A stretch of DNA of 64,000 nucleotides from Tricharina praecox (Eukaryota), in contig NW_026250439.1 in the NCBI RefSeq assembly GCF_024521635.1, positions 124,001-188,000 on the forward strand. The letters are read 5' to 3'. Below are positions 24,721-38,150 of this stretch, in pieces (within the stretch, counting starts at the first letter, position 1; every line of letters starts with the position of its first letter). Position numbers and translations under genes: made by a program. Below the pieces are notes generated by a model. That model made no database searches and was not told the DNA's origin. It saw nothing but the letters and a program-made list of their open reading frames with translations.

Positions 24721-27541
24721 GGGCAGTTGTGGGAAAGTGGGAAAGTTTGTGCGTGTGCGCGTAGGTGCGAGTAGCTGAGGATAAACATACCAGTTGCTGT
24801 GAGATCGCGCAGGGATTTATTATTGGAGACGGGTGGCGATGATGGTGATGGTGGTGTAGAGAAAGACGGTGGTTGATGTTGGTTGTGGTGATGTTGGTGG
24901 TGTTGATGGAAGAGGGAGATGAAGGAGGAAAGAAAGCTGGCGTTGACATAGGCGACCGGAGCGGCGAAAACTGTGAAACCAGTCACGTCCTGGACTAACC
25001 GCAAGTGAAAAGGCACAGGAGAAAAAAAGTGGGAAAAGAAATAAAAGAGGAAAGTGCAAAGAAGGAAGTGCCCTACCGCAACCGCCGACGATTTTGGCTT
25101 GGCAGAGAGCGAGCGAGCGGGGGGACGCGAGGGACAGGCAAGATGATTGCACGCCGAGGAGAGCTTTCTGGCGAGCTGCTGCGGAGAAAAGAGTCTGTCT
25201 GGTTGGACGGCCTGCAGCTCAGCGCAGCGCGCGCGGAAACATCTTTGATTGCTGGGCTGGTTGCTGGTCTCAAGCGCCGAAGATGCAGATGCGCATCTGT
25301 CTCGGGGAAAAGTTGACGAAGAGAACACAACCGCAGTCCACACCCCGGAATGGAAAAAACAGAAGGGTGGAAGGGAAGGGGATGAGGAAGCGAGAGGACA
25401 GAGACTAGAACACTCCCGATGCAGAGTCCTGCTTCTTCGGCATCATCTTTGTCTTCTCCATCGTCGGCGAGCGCGAAGGATGAAGGGTGAAGCCCTTGCA
25501 TTGCATTGCAGCGTGCTGATGTGGATGTTGTATCATACTATGTGTAGAGTATCTACCTTCATGTGGAGCAGGCGGATTGGAGCAGGTGGCAGAAGGTACT
25601 TGGTAGGCAAGTAGTTCTGCCGACGTTGATCCCCGCCGCGGCCGTGATGATTCCTGCGAATTGCCCTCACAGGTATCTTCGGCTTCCCTCCTATGGCCAT
25701 TCATCCAAGGCTATGGCCGTTGGTGCGATGGAATAATGTGCCCGGTCGTAGCCGTAGCCAAAGAAGACGACTCGGATAAACCGTATAGCACCTACTCTGC
25801 AATGCCCCACGAGCTGCTCTGTAGGTGCCACTCAGCCCAAGTGCCTGATTCTTAGAGGACAAATCATCAAGGCGGATGGGCGGGCGGGTCTCTAGTCTCC
25901 GATCTCCGACGCAGGCACCTACCATACGGACGAACAGCTTCCTTCACGTTCAGGCCAGTTAGTTCGCCATACAAGCCTACAGTCACAGTCACGTTCACTC
26001 ACATGCGGTTCGGCGGGCAGCAATTCCAAGTTGATATCGTTCAAAACGTGGTTCCTGGGTTCGACAGCCCCGGCCTTGATCCGTCAGCCACATGTACCGG
26101 TAGTCTACCACTGACGGGATAATTCTGGTTGGGTTTGGCACATTACCATCGGCATTACGATAGGAGGCTGGTTGTCGGATCGTCGTGACGGAAGGGGGGA
26201 TGACGGGACCAAACCCTGTGTCTTCGATGTGCCTTCGATTCGCATTCTTCGGGCGCTTCAAAAATAGAGTAGGCAAATAGCTACTCCGTAGTACTCGGGT
26301 GTAAGGGTAAGTGCTGCCTCACCAGTTTTTCCCCCATACAACTTAGTCACAACCACTCACTCGTTTAAGTGTATCTGGCTTACTAGTGCGCTCCCAATAC
26401 AGACTAGTGCTTCTCATTCGTAATGGTGGTGAGGCACCGCTTATTGGCAGCTCCTGGTACATAGATCGCACGGCGGGAGATGGATGATTGATTGATGATT
26501 GCCAACCACCTCAGGGGCGCAGACTTTCGGAGCACTCCTGGAGAGTGATCGTCAGCGTTCATATCGCCCGCCCACATCCGCTCGAACAGCTACCTGGTAG
26601 GTCACTTACCGGCACCCGTGCCTGCCATTCAGGGTTCCTCGTTTCGCATACCGTCGTCCATCGTCCTTCCTTCCCGTATCGATTCGATGGATTCGATAGG
26701 CAGTTTGCATTGTACCTATAGCAAGTACCGTACCTTCGTGCAGACCTCTGTGATGTCGTCGGCTGCCCGTCCAGTCATCGGCCCCAACACATGATGGAAA
26801 GTCCCCCAGTCTGCGTCTATTGCCTGCATGACTTTGCTCTTCATTCGCCTCTGGCGCACAGACTGGCCCACCACTAAACCATCCAGTCCGCTCCTCGCCT
26901 TCACCATTCGAGGGCGCCAAACTGGCCACTGAACTGAGCCTCGCTTCGCCTCGCCTCACTCCCACCACTCCCACCTCCACCTCCACCACCACCACCACCT
27001 CCACCTCCACCACTGCCCATCATTCCCCAACACCCACCCCCCAATTACTCACCTGCATTCGAGACCACCCCCCCGTCCGTCCGTCATCGCATTCCTCCAA
27101 ACCACCTCTCCACTCCCAAAAAAAATCCACCTCAAACCCTCCGCCCCTCCTCCTCTTCTCCCTCCCCCCCCTCCTCCACCCACCTCCGTCTCTCTTGCCG
27201 CACCGCCACCTTTCATCTCCTCCATTCTCCCTTTCCCGACCCCCCTACTGCGTCACGGTCCAAAGTCTCTTTTGGCTTCTCCGCTTTACTTTCTTCGCAA
27301 ACTACTCCTTTGCCATTCGATCGTTCGTCGCTTCTTCAGAAAAAATAACTGCAGCTGGTCTGGCTTCTGTTCTCTTACCCCTTCGACTTCGTCGATACGT
27401 ACATCCCTTTTTAGCCTTCGTTACCACAACCGCTTGCAAGCGATCCCTCCCCCTCCCCCCTCCACCAGCAGTCGTCGGGACGCCCCCCCATCTCCAAACT
27501 CCTGAACTTCCCTGACCTCTGCGCCCTCAATTTCATCATCC

Positions 27542-29596
27542 ATGGTCAGCGCAGAACCATCCGATAACACAACAACCATGGCCTCCTCGGCTCCCTCGGT
27601 CGCCCTGATGCCACCGATGCCCGCGCCTGGTCTGAGGGACCCCGCTGTTAGCCCCAACCCTGCCGCCGCCGAAGCTTCGTCGCGCCTTAATCGTCGGTCT
27701 CGGATACTGTCGCCTCCCGATACGCCCACGAAGCGGTTATCGATGGCGTCCAATCCGTCGCGAGAAGCCCCCAAACCCAGCCCCTCACAGCTGCCACTCT
27801 CGTCGTCACCCGGCGTGCGTGGGCCGAGCCCGTGTCCGAGCCCCAATCCCAGCACCAAAGGCCACACGATCCCATCGTTCCCGACCACCCCGCAGCCCTC
27901 GACGAGAATCTCCATCATCTCGCTAACCTCGCCGCCCTGCGATAACGACGACGACGGCCGCTTCCGCCCCCAGTTTGCGTCGTCACTGTCGTACGCAAGT
28001 GTCAGGGATTTCGCATACCCGCCTGTCCACCCTCTGCACTATGGACCGACAATGGCGGCGGGGGCGACGACGCCAGGCGTGGACCTCCAGGAGGCGGTGG
28101 CGGCCAGCGGCGTGTGGTTCCGCCGGCTGTCGGATCCAGCCGTGTCGGGAGAGAATCCTTGGGGCGACGATTTCGGGGTACAGTTCCGACGAGGTCAGAA
28201 CAATCAACCGCCGCCACTCAACTTTGCCGACGGACCGCCATGGAGCGAGGATGAAGATCTGCAGAGTCCCGTGGTGGTGCCGAAACACGCGGTCCATCGG
28301 AAACACAAGTCGAGTGTGCCGCAGAGCCACCATTCGCGCGCACACAACGGCAGCAACACCCTGACACCTACGCAGCTGCAGCACTTTCCGGGCACGAAGG
28401 GGGACTGGGCGGTGCGGAGGCGGAGCACCGGCAACGGCAGCGATCTGGGCGAGAGTTATTACCGGACAAGCGCAGGACCGCAGGATCTGGAGGATGGCGA
28501 GCCGGGCGGCGAGCTCTACCATCTCGCCGAGGTGGACGAGTACAATCCGCACAGCGCCGGCTACTACGATCCGGACTACGTTTACTCCGACGACGAGGGC
28601 CCGGATTTCAACGTCGAGGGCGAGGACTCGTTCGCAGACTACAGCTCGCGCTTCAGCAGGGATTACCAGTTCACGATCGCTAGCCCCGCAGAGGAGATGC
28701 ACGGCAAGGCGGTGGCTCTGTTCGATTTCATACAGGAGAACGAGAACGAACTGCCACTGGTGGAGGGCCAGGTGGTGTGGGTCAGCTATCGGCACGGAAT
28801 GGGCTGGCTGGTCGCCGAGGACCCAAAAACAAGTATGCATCCCCTTTCCCCGGGTCCGAACGACACTATATCAGCAAGCTAACAGGCCCAAGGGGAGTCC
28901 GGCTTGGTACCAGAGGAGTATGTGTGTCTGCTCAGGGACATGCACCCCGGCCCGGACGGCCACATGGAGATGAACCCGTCGGCGCTCGTACCCGACGACG
29001 GTCTCGAGCACCACGCGCACGTATCGCACTTCTCGACCAGCTCGCGCGACGTGCATCCGTACGGCTTTCAAGTCGGACACGAGGACAGCAAGGAGCGCCT
29101 CGAGCAGATCCGGAAGGAACATGAAGAGCGCGAACGTGATGCCGCGGCAACTGAGGATGAGGACGCGGACTGCGGTACGCCGAAGCTCGGCAGTATTGCG
29201 TTCGAGGCCGGAGTTAGAGCAAATGGGCGTGTGCCCGGGGAGGAGGAGATGGATGCTGCTCAGGAGGAGGCGGATGCTACCAAGGAGGAGACGGATGTCG
29301 TCAAGGAGGAGACAGCTCTCATCAAGGAGGAGATAGCTCCCACCAAGGAGGAACTCCGTGCAGAGGAGATACCCCGCACCACGGGAAATGCCCAGCCAGC
29401 AGAGCAGAAATCTCCGGAGATTGAGGAGCAGACCCACACTCAGGAGAAACCCCGTGCAGACGAGAAACTCCGTGCAGAGGATACACCCCGCACCTTGGGG
29501 AATTCCCAGCCAGCCGAGCAGAAGTCTCCAGAAGCCGAGAAGAAAGAGACCAAGAAGCAGAAGAAGGGAAAGAAGAAGGCCACAGCGAAATCATAA
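27542..29596 (+). CDS. NBP2: SH3-domain adaptor, Nbp2/Skb5-like
   Basis: SYASVRDFAYP, GPPWSEDEDLQSPVV, SH3 KAVALFDFIQENENELPLVEGQVVWVSYRHGMGWLVAEDPKT|RESGLVPEEYV across intron 28833-28892; acidic repetitive tail. Confidence 0.85.
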
Positions 29597-30229
29597 AGGA
29601 GTATGTACGCCCACGTCTACGACCATGCTATGTATGATGACGACGACGATGCACGAAGGAAGACAAGGGGGATGGAGGGATGGAGGGATGGAGGGATGGA
29701 GGGATGGAGGGATGGAGGGAGTTTATTTTCGTTGTCCTTCATCTTCATCTTCATCTTTTTTCCAGCCTTATGAATGTTACCTTCCTCCTTCCTCCTTTCC
29801 ATTTGCTTGTTTGTGAGTGCTGTGCGGTGCGGTCCGAATGGGGTTATTTTGTTTGTACTTTGATGCCCTTTTTTTTCTTCTTTTTTTTAGTAACCTCGTT
29901 ACTTACTGTTAGCTTTCATTACGGGGGGGGGTTAATGTGTTTGCTTTACATGCGTGTCAGGGCGGTTGAGATGGGGAGATGGGGAGATGGGGAGATGGGG
30001 AGAAGAATGGGGAGAGAAGGAAGGGGAGATGGGGGAGATGGGGGAGAAGCGGAGAGAATAGTAAGACGGACGGCGTTACGGTCGAGCTGGTTTCCTGGTT
30101 TGTGCATGCAATGCGATGAGAATGAGACGTGACTTGTGATGTGATCTGATCTGATCTGATGTGAAGCGATGGGATAGGTTGGATGGGATGGAATGGGATG
30201 GATGGGGGGGGATGGAATGGGATGGGTAC

Positions 30230-32110
30230 CTCCCGTGGTAGGGCGTGGTGTGGATTTCGTGAGGGAACTCACTGCCAACTGATAGAGGTATTAGCTCAGT
30301 GCTGCGTTCCAGGAGTCATTGGTCCCTGGGTTCCCCATGAGTCTGTATCGGTGATCTAAGTATCATCCTCCGTCGACCACCAGCGACCATGCTGCTCGAC
30401 TACAGTGTTGACCAGCCATTCCATCCCACCTTACCTCGACCAGCACTGGTCCGCATATCCCGAGGGAGCGAACGGATGCCCATAACTGAACGATTTTCAC
30501 GGTCCGTAGCACTTCGGAGTCCGGACCGATTACCTACGGATGTAGCTTACTCACTCACACGTAATCAGTCGTCATTGCATCACGAGGTCGCATCGGCTTG
30601 CCTATTCGGGCTCGCGAATAGTTAATCGATCAGCAGCGTTTCAGATGATGGATGGTGTGGGTTGCGCGGGAGAGGCTGGAGCTGGCGGAAAGATCACTGG
30701 GCTCAGCCGCTCAGCGGGATGAGTTAGAGTGGGGAGTGGGGTCTGTACCAGGTAGGTGGTAGTAGGTACTAACTCTACTCTTGCAAACAATGCATAATCT
30801 CCCGTGTCTGGCCTGGTGAGAACGTGGTGGTGGTGGTGGTGGATGTGATAGGGTGGATGGGATATGTAGATGGGATATGTAGATGGGTACGTCGCCTGGT
30901 TGATGTCGTGAGTGGATCTCCGTCCAATTGATGGAGGTATTGGCTCCGTGCTGCGTTAAAGAGAGAGAAAGATCTTCCTTTTTATTTCGCGTGCAACCTA
31001 TCTAGACTATGGCAAACCGTCGCACTCCTTTCCTGCCCACTCTGGCCGGCCGAGGGTTGCGACCCCGTTACCAGCCAGCACGATGTGGCGCCGCTGCCTG
31101 CCTGCCAAACAAATAACAAAAGTAATAGCACCACGAGAATATTACCGCATATCCTCATCTCCTACTTCCTCGCACCGGCCGCAGACACAGTACCCTGCTG
31201 GGAACTCTTGCTCTGCTCCCAATGCGATGCTTGCCTCCTCCTCCTCCTCCTCCAGGTCTGGTGGAGCTTTCCTCCCCACATCCGTCGTTCTTAGAAACTC
31301 TAGGATTGCCTCGCTGCACCGCTCGTCGGCGAACAAGCTATCGACCACCTCTCTTTCCTTCTCTCCGTCTCCTTCCCAACCTTTGCCCACAAGGCTTTCT
31401 GTTGACTTCTCCACCGTGAGTAGTTTTTGAACAGGTGTTCGCGTGATTGCTTGGTAGGCCTATTGTCCGTGCTGCGTTATAGGAATGTCATCGGTCTCTG
31501 GGTTCCCTCATCGGTCTCTGGGTTCCCTCATCGGTCTCTGGGCTCCCTCATCGGTGATCTACTAAGTACATACTATGTATCATCTCTCCCATCGGCCATC
31601 GGCCATCCGCGACCACCCATCCTGCACGCCTACCTACCGTACACAGTTGACCAGCCACCCCGCCCCGCCCTGCCTGACCGGCACCGATCCGAATATCTCG
31701 AGAGTCGAGGGAGTAAAAGGAAGCCCGCGGCTGATCAATTTCTAGCTCAGCGAGTACGTACGTGCGGATGCAGCTTACTCACTCACTCACGCACGCACTC
31801 ACGCACGCGTAATCACTCGTCGTCTCATCTTGGTGTCGCATCGGTTTGCCTATTCGGGCGCGTGGAGAGGAGAGGCGTGAAGGGGGAGGCGAGAGGCGGG
31901 AGGATATACGGTACGGTAGGTACTTGATCGGTCGGCAGTATTCAAGTGAATGGATGGTGTGGGTTGCGCTGTGGGTTGCGCTGGGTTGCAAGGCGTGTTC
32001 CGCGTGAGAGCCGGGAGTTGGGTGGAAGCTGAGCGGAGCTGGGTGAAAAGATCACTGGGCTCAGCGGGCTCAGCGGGATGAGTTAGAGTGGGGAATGGGG
32101 AGTGTACCAG
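30230..32110. repeat. Tandem duplication (~550-650 bp unit), second copy interrupted by a LINE
   Basis: 30270-30307 matches 30920-30957; 30300-30755 matches 31468-32112 (both end GATCACTGGGCTCAGC.G.CTCAGCGGGATGAGTTAGAGTGGGGA). Confidence 0.8.
30959..31465 (-). mobile_element. 5'-truncated LINE (Tad1-like) with 14-bp target-site duplication
   Basis: TSD TCCGTGCTGCGTTA at 30945-30958 and 31466-31479; encodes ORF2 C-terminus QSREHLFKN...LFADERCSEAILEFLRTTDVGR. Confidence 0.88.
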
Positions 32111-32729
32111 GTACATACCGCTTTGTTTTTGGTTTAATCATTGATTGCATGCTACCTAACTAAATCGTAGCACTATACACTGAAGTCATTCAGCAATGGC
32201 TAAGTCTATAGTGTATAGGCTATATTCTAATAACGATAAAACAGAAAGAAAAAACAGTTACACGCAACAGCCTAGGGAAACGCACGTGCGGGCTTGTAGT
32301 AGTCCCTATGCTTGATTTGTATCACATGGAGGAAGCCATTAAGACAAGGTGACTCATTTGTGACGATAGGCGTGAGACTTCCACTTCATGTGAAGACTGA
32401 ACCCCCCTTCTCACATAGATGTTCAGCTTTGTGGCGGTGGGAGCTCTTCAGCGATGTAGAAGCCGACGATTCCTCTGTGCGTACTTTTGTCAAGCGGATC
32501 TGAGCAAACGAGTGAGAGAAAGATGGAGATGTGATTGCTAGATACAGAACAAAAAAGAGCGGACAACAGACAGTATTTAAAGAGATACACAGGAGCAAAA
32601 ACCAAATCCCAAGATATCCGTCCGCCCCACAATATCCGTCCGCCCCACAATATCCGTTCGTCCCATCCTATCCGTCCGTTCCCATCTTATCCGTCCGTTC
32701 CCAACTCGGTCTATTGATGCCCGAGGACA

Positions 32730-33191
32730 TTAAACCAAATCACCGACACGTACATCGAGTTGGCGACTGGCTGGTGCCGGATGGTCCGGAGTATCGGTGT
32801 CGACAACCATTGAGAAGGAGCCGAACAACCAGACCTTGGAAGAGGCGGTGCTTGAGCGGTGTGGGGCGTTGTAATTCAACTTGAGGAACATCTGTCAGGC
32901 GGCCACCACGAAAACAATGAAGATGAAGCTCACGATCAGGTTAAAGATGAGCGTCGTTTGGTCGGAGGCGCTGCAGTAGCTGAAGTGAGGCACTTTAACT
33001 ACCACAATGCCAAAAAGAGCGTCGAGCAGCATCGTCACCAGCACAAAGCCAGCGAAGAGCCGAGTCATGGTGAAAAGTGGCTGCATTTGTGTATTCGGTA
33101 CTGTAGGTTTGCTGACGGAGTTTTGCGGGAGTCGAGGCTGGTTAAAAGGCGTGGAGGTGAGAAAGTGTCTGTTGGGGATCGGCGTGATCAT
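32730..33191 (-). pseudogene. Possible two-TM protein gene with in-frame TGA
   Basis: Two hydrophobic segments (LFAGFVLVTMLLDALFGIVVV; LIFNLIVSFIFIVFVVAA), TGA at 32897-32895, frame open a further 54 codons to TAA 32730; start uncertain. Confidence 0.3.
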
Positions 33192-34236
33192 TGATGTAGC
33201 GGGTGAGAATGTGGATGCTGCTGTGTGGGCGGCAAACGAGAAGCAGGGTCACAGAAGTGCGCTGTCGAGCAACCTAAAACGTGGAGTTGCTGCTTTCTCG
33301 GTGTGCAAGCCACCCACCCCGCTTTGCCGCTACCTAGGTAGGTAGGCACCGACTCTGCTCGCACAAATATTCCATCATCTCCCCAATCCCCCAGTCCGAA
33401 CGTGATGGCTTAGTACCTATGGCTCGTCTGTTTCAGCCCCGAGCTGAAAATCACGCTCAGCCAAACCTCTGACTCTATTTGTCCTTTCCATTCGGTGACG
33501 ACTTGGTGAGCTGTGAGCACGTGGTAGTAGTGGAGGGGATGATGCGTAGACTAGACGAATAGACGAGGAAGAGGAAGGACGATTTGGAGAGGAAGGATGA
33601 TTTAAAGAGGGGAGACCAGCGTCCGAGGCCTGGGTCCTGGGATGGGTTGCTCATCCGCGCAGTACTCGACCGAAGGTTGTCTATCACGAAGTACAGTGAG
33701 CTGTGTTTCCGCTGCCCGGAAGTCGCATCTATCCATTTATCACCATCCATCACGAAACCAACTTGAGAGTCGAGAGGGCCAGAGCGGATTGATTACGCAA
33801 AGGATGGCTGGCTGGCTTTACTATTGTAGATGGGTAGAAGCTACCTCGCTGGTGGATAGTGGATTGTCACGTGGAAGGAAGTACCTTGGCATTTCGACTG
33901 GCCGCCTCCCCAGAGAAAGGGTGCGAGAGATTTTGCCATTGCCCCGCAAGAATTCCTGTTCTATGTATGACGCTGAACTAGGTACACTAACTTCTGCACG
34001 TGCTTTGTCTGGTCTGAGTTCTGCGTGATATCTGATGAAGACGCTCTGAAGGGTTGCTGCTAGTGAATCCTGATACGGCGACCAGCAGCATCGCTTTCGC
34101 TCTTAAACAATCACCTTCGACCCTCCTACATCTTCTCTCCTACAACACACAACCCTCCTCTACCACAACACCCCAACCCTCTACCACAAGACTTTCTCTC
34201 CACATCTCCCCACACAACCCCACCCCAAGGCCCACC

Positions 34237-35022
34237 ATGCCGAATCTCGCTCCTACTCCCTACCACCGCTGCCAGCTTACTCCTTACGACCGCCGCCAGA
34301 TTCATCTCCGCAGCATGCGTTACACCATGCTTCTGCTCTTTGTGGGCAGCGTCTTCCTTTTCGTTTGGTCGACGGCAATTCTCATCGATGCCGACCACCA
34401 AGAGAAGTGCGACGCCGCCGACATTGACAGGACGCACTGCTTCATCTTCGGCTGGTACCTGGGCCTCGTTACGTCCTCCAGCTTCGTGGCCGGTTTCGCT
34501 CTCACCTGCTTGATGTTCCTCGACCGCCCGATCAGGTTGGTCCTCTTTCGCATCCACCTCGACGAGTTTCATCCCGAGAGGGACCTCGAGAACGGCCTCG
34601 GCGGAGATGGAGCTGTCAACAAGTTCGACGACAAGGACAAGGACGAGAAGCTCTACGACGCCAAGGAGGCCCTTCTGTTCAGGGAGGCCCAGTTGTATCA
34701 TGAAGCCCAGTTGTATCATGAGGCCCAGTTGCTCAAGGAAGTGATGGAGTTCGAGGAGGAGATGCAGTTCAGGGAAGCACTATTGCACACGCAAGAGATC
34801 TTTCTCATGGCACAGGATTTGTACGAAGCGCAGGTTTACGAAGCGCAGGTGTCCGACGAAAACACCGGTGGATCGACAGTGGCTGAGTACGGCGGCTCGG
34901 ACTCCGGCTCTGACTTCCGCTCTGAATCTAACTGTGAATCCAACTGTGAATCCGACTCTAACTCCGACTCTGACTCTGACTCCGACTCCGATATGGAGGA
35001 GTTCGTTCTTGCTGACGCTTAG
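34237..35022 (+). CDS. Hypothetical two-TM membrane protein with acidic, repetitive C-terminus
   Basis: CACCATG context after a C-rich leader; two hydrophobic helices flanking a two-Cys loop; EAQLYH repeats and (DS)n tail; C/G-ending codon bias. Confidence 0.7.
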   Translation: MPNLAPTPYHRCQLTPYDRRQIHLRSMRYTMLLLFVGSVFLFVWSTAILIDADHQEKCDAADIDRTHCFIFGWYLGLVTSSSFVAGFALTCLMFLDRPIRLVLFRIHLDEFHPERDLENGLGGDGAVNKFDDKDKDEKLYDAKEALLFREAQLYHEAQLYHEAQLLKEVMEFEEEMQFREALLHTQEIFLMAQDLYEAQVYEAQVSDENTGGSTVAEYGGSDSGSDFRSESNCESNCESDSNSDSDSDSDSDMEEFVLADA

Positions 35023-35971
35023 AGGTTTGTGGAATATACCCTCGGCGGTGGTGACAGTGCTAACGTTAGAGAATCAAGTCGGCCGATCACGCGCCACTCG
35101 TTACTGCGTCTTGTCTGTCCGTGGAGCCGATGGATAATGTTTCGAGAGCTGGGTTGATACTACATACTTTCTTCAAGGGTTCTGAGATACGGTAATGGGA
35201 AATAATGATTGTTTTTCAAGGGTTCTGGGATACGAGAATGGGAATTGATGATTGTTGAGAAAACTATCGCTCGCTTCTCGGTATTGTGACTATGTGCTTG
35301 TCGAACTGCTCAGTTTCCTCCTGAATTCCTGCTCCGATCCGACGTGGCCCGGTGTCTCTACCTCTATTAACCACCTAGGTATTCTCAAGCTCCACTCCCC
35401 GCCAATGACATCATGTATCTCCACCATCATTCACGCCTATGTACTTCGACATCCACGCCCATGTCGAGGAATCATGTCCGCCAACTTGTAGCACAAACAG
35501 AATAGAATCCTAGAATCATATAAGCTCTACCTACCCAAATCTGGATCCCTTTCACCGCAACCAAACAGGTGCGATACAATCTGCCGTAACTACGGAAAGG
35601 GCTGCTCTCCCCGTCCCGTCCTAACAGCCGGCAGGGAAAGCATGGACCTCTTGGAGATACAAGCAGTTCCGGGGGACGCCCGTCACAACCCTCCCTCCTC
35701 TCGGTCACGAGTCACGTTTGCTTGCGGATCCGCAATATCATAGTTCTGATACTAGAGCAGAGTCCAGAGGAGTAGGAAAACTACGTCACTATACCTATGT
35801 GGTAGAACTACGTTTCCGTTTCACAGGAGCGGTCGCATGCAGAATCCGGACGGGCCACGGCGATCTACTCTGACTACCGGTACAAAGCTGGGCACTTTTT
35901 ATGGTGGCAGTTAATCACGATTAAGCATCAAAAGGCCGGCGGTTTTTTTTTAAAAAAAATGTACATAGACC

Positions 35972-36050
35972 AACTGGGAGAGGAGAAGTTAGAACCCCGA
36001 GCCTAACGATCTCAACCACCAGCTTTTATCCAACGGGGAGTCAGGGACCA
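35972..36050 (-). other. Degenerate tRNA-like sequence (pseudo-tRNA or SINE head)
   Basis: D-loop-like TTGGATAA, central stem CTGGTGGT-TGAG-ATCGTTAG, T-arm-like GGGGTTCTAACTTC; no clean acceptor stem. Confidence 0.2.
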
Positions 36051-36854
36051 GGGCGGGCACGGCTACATACGAAGCCGATGATGGGAACTGCTAGGAGTCT
36101 AGAGTCTAGGACCTTAACGATCAGAAGAAGAGGCATGAGTGAGCCGTAGCGGGTGGCACCCAGGAGCAAGGAGCAAGGAGTAAGGAGCAACGGCTGGTCT
36201 TCCATGTGGCCTTCTCCATCCCCGCGTACAGCAAAGACCGCTGGGCTGCACCGGGTATTTATAACTGTGGCTGTTTCAGATTTCTGAAGAGCAACATTTC
36301 AACTCACTGGATACGTAGAATTCACTAAACGAACTGCAAACTTCCGGCAAAGTGTTCATGTCCGTGCTCGGGCCATGATTACGTGTAATACGGTATCGGA
36401 GTTATGATTCGTGTGCAGATAAGACGTCTCAAACGACAAAAGGTGATAACGTTTTGCACGCCTCGCACCAAAACACTTGAGCCACAATCAGGATCAAAAA
36501 ACTACCTCATATTACATATCACATTCAGGCGCATCAGACCTGTTCAAAGTATCTCGCAATAGAGACAGCAATTTTCTCATTTTCAACGATTGCAGTGCCG
36601 CAGCGAGTGATATCGCATGAACTCCTTCGGATGCCTGGCACTTCTCATCGAAGAGCTTCGGGCTGGCTATTAGGCGTGTTCGAATATAGGGTTTATTCGA
36701 TTACACGGAGCGGCGGAGCAAAAGGATATACGCGCAAACCTCAAATACGGATGTCACAGAGAAATGACACTCGATTAAAAACCGCGGAAAGCACCGCCTG
36801 CGCTTTATGGGGCATCATCTAATAACGTCGAATACAATGATTATCAAACAAAAC

Positions 36855-36910
36855 GGCAAATGTTTAAAATGCCATGGTTTTCGGCCTGAATTTTAAAATA
36901 CCATGGTGTC
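36855..36910 (+). mobile_element. Possible solitary Mutator-like terminal repeat
   Basis: GGCAAATG followed by two copies of TTTAAAATRCCATGGT; no partner end found in the window. Confidence 0.3.
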
Positions 36911-38062
36911 AGGGATAGGTCTTTTTGGGTACGCCACCGCCAGCTGCTGGTACTGCTTTGCAAGGTCATTGATGTATAATTATACGAGAACGAACTGCTC
37001 CATTATATTGCTATGTTTCTAGCTACTACTGCTGCTCGCCCGGGATATATATCCCCCCCTCCGTGCCTACGCGGGCGGAACCCCGCCTTCCCCACTCTCC
37101 GCGCCTTCCGCGCCCTCCGCGCTCTCCGGGCGCCCCGCCGGACAGCCCAAATGAAAGGCCCCAAGGAAGTGCCCAGTTTGAGCTGGACTGCCTCGATGTT
37201 TGCCCTTGGCTTCGTATCTCTCCGCAAAGAATTGGATTTTGCTAAAATCAAAGTAATTTTCAAAGTGCGGATCAAAGCCAAATAGGCCCGAGACATCAAC
37301 AGTGACCATCCATACCAACCCATCCACACCGACGCAAAACCACCGAGGTCCGACACTTGAACGCCGACACTACACTGATCCGCCAGTTTAACCTGGATAA
37401 CTGGTTGATTATCCAGGTTAGACTGAAAACCTATTTTCGATTGCGCCGGAAACTGGCCAGAACAGTATCATCGAAGGGAAACAGACTGCAGTGCTTGCTC
37501 TCAGTAGTTGATGGTTTACTGTTCGACTCCAGTTTCGCGCGGTGGAGACCTCGGGGTTCTCCACGGAGAGTATTCTGGCACAGATTGATACCGACGAACG
37601 CCGCTATCCAGAAGTGCCAGAATACTCTCCTTGTTATATTGCCAGATCAAGCTGGCCTCGCGGGGCCCCCCCCCCACACCTCCACCCAAGTACTTCCCGA
37701 GTACTTGTTGACAGCTGGCCACGTATGGCCATTAGGAAAGGGGTGCAAGGCACCCCGATCCGATGCTGGGTGCGGGAGATGGAAAGATCCATGGCAGTCA
37801 CTACTGCCTGGCCGCCCGCGGCCGGCCCCCGGACCGGTCGACGGAGGGTATTATTCTCGTGGACGCGCACATGGTGTAATCGTAGTTCTGGTAACCCACC
37901 GGTGGCACTCTGCTGAGCCGTCTGCTGCTCGGCGATAGGCACTTTACCACTTCGGTGGCATCACCCTCGGAATAGTCACTATCCGAGGGTGGGTATACGC
38001 GGGGAATCACTTACGCGTAGAAGGGGATGTTTGGAAGACCGGAAGACGGCCAGCCGTCGTAG

Positions 38063-38150
38063 GTTTGGCAATCTTGTCGAACTCGTCGAGGCAAATTATT
38101 CCAATTTCTGCCCTCCTAACATCATGGTTCGCGGCTACCAGTAGCCGCGA
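38063..38150 (-). pseudogene. Isolated ClpX-like AAA+ fragment (Walker B region)
   Basis: Translates SRLLVAANHDVRRAEIGIICLDEFDKIAKP, matching the ClpX/Mcx1 pattern LL.AA..DV..A..GII.LDE.DKIA; no other ClpX sequence seen nearby. Confidence 0.7.

Noticed and set aside
24234..25343. 369-aa ORF
   Set aside because: Runs through the SSU72 leader, snoRNA intron and low-complexity DNA; no protein-like features.
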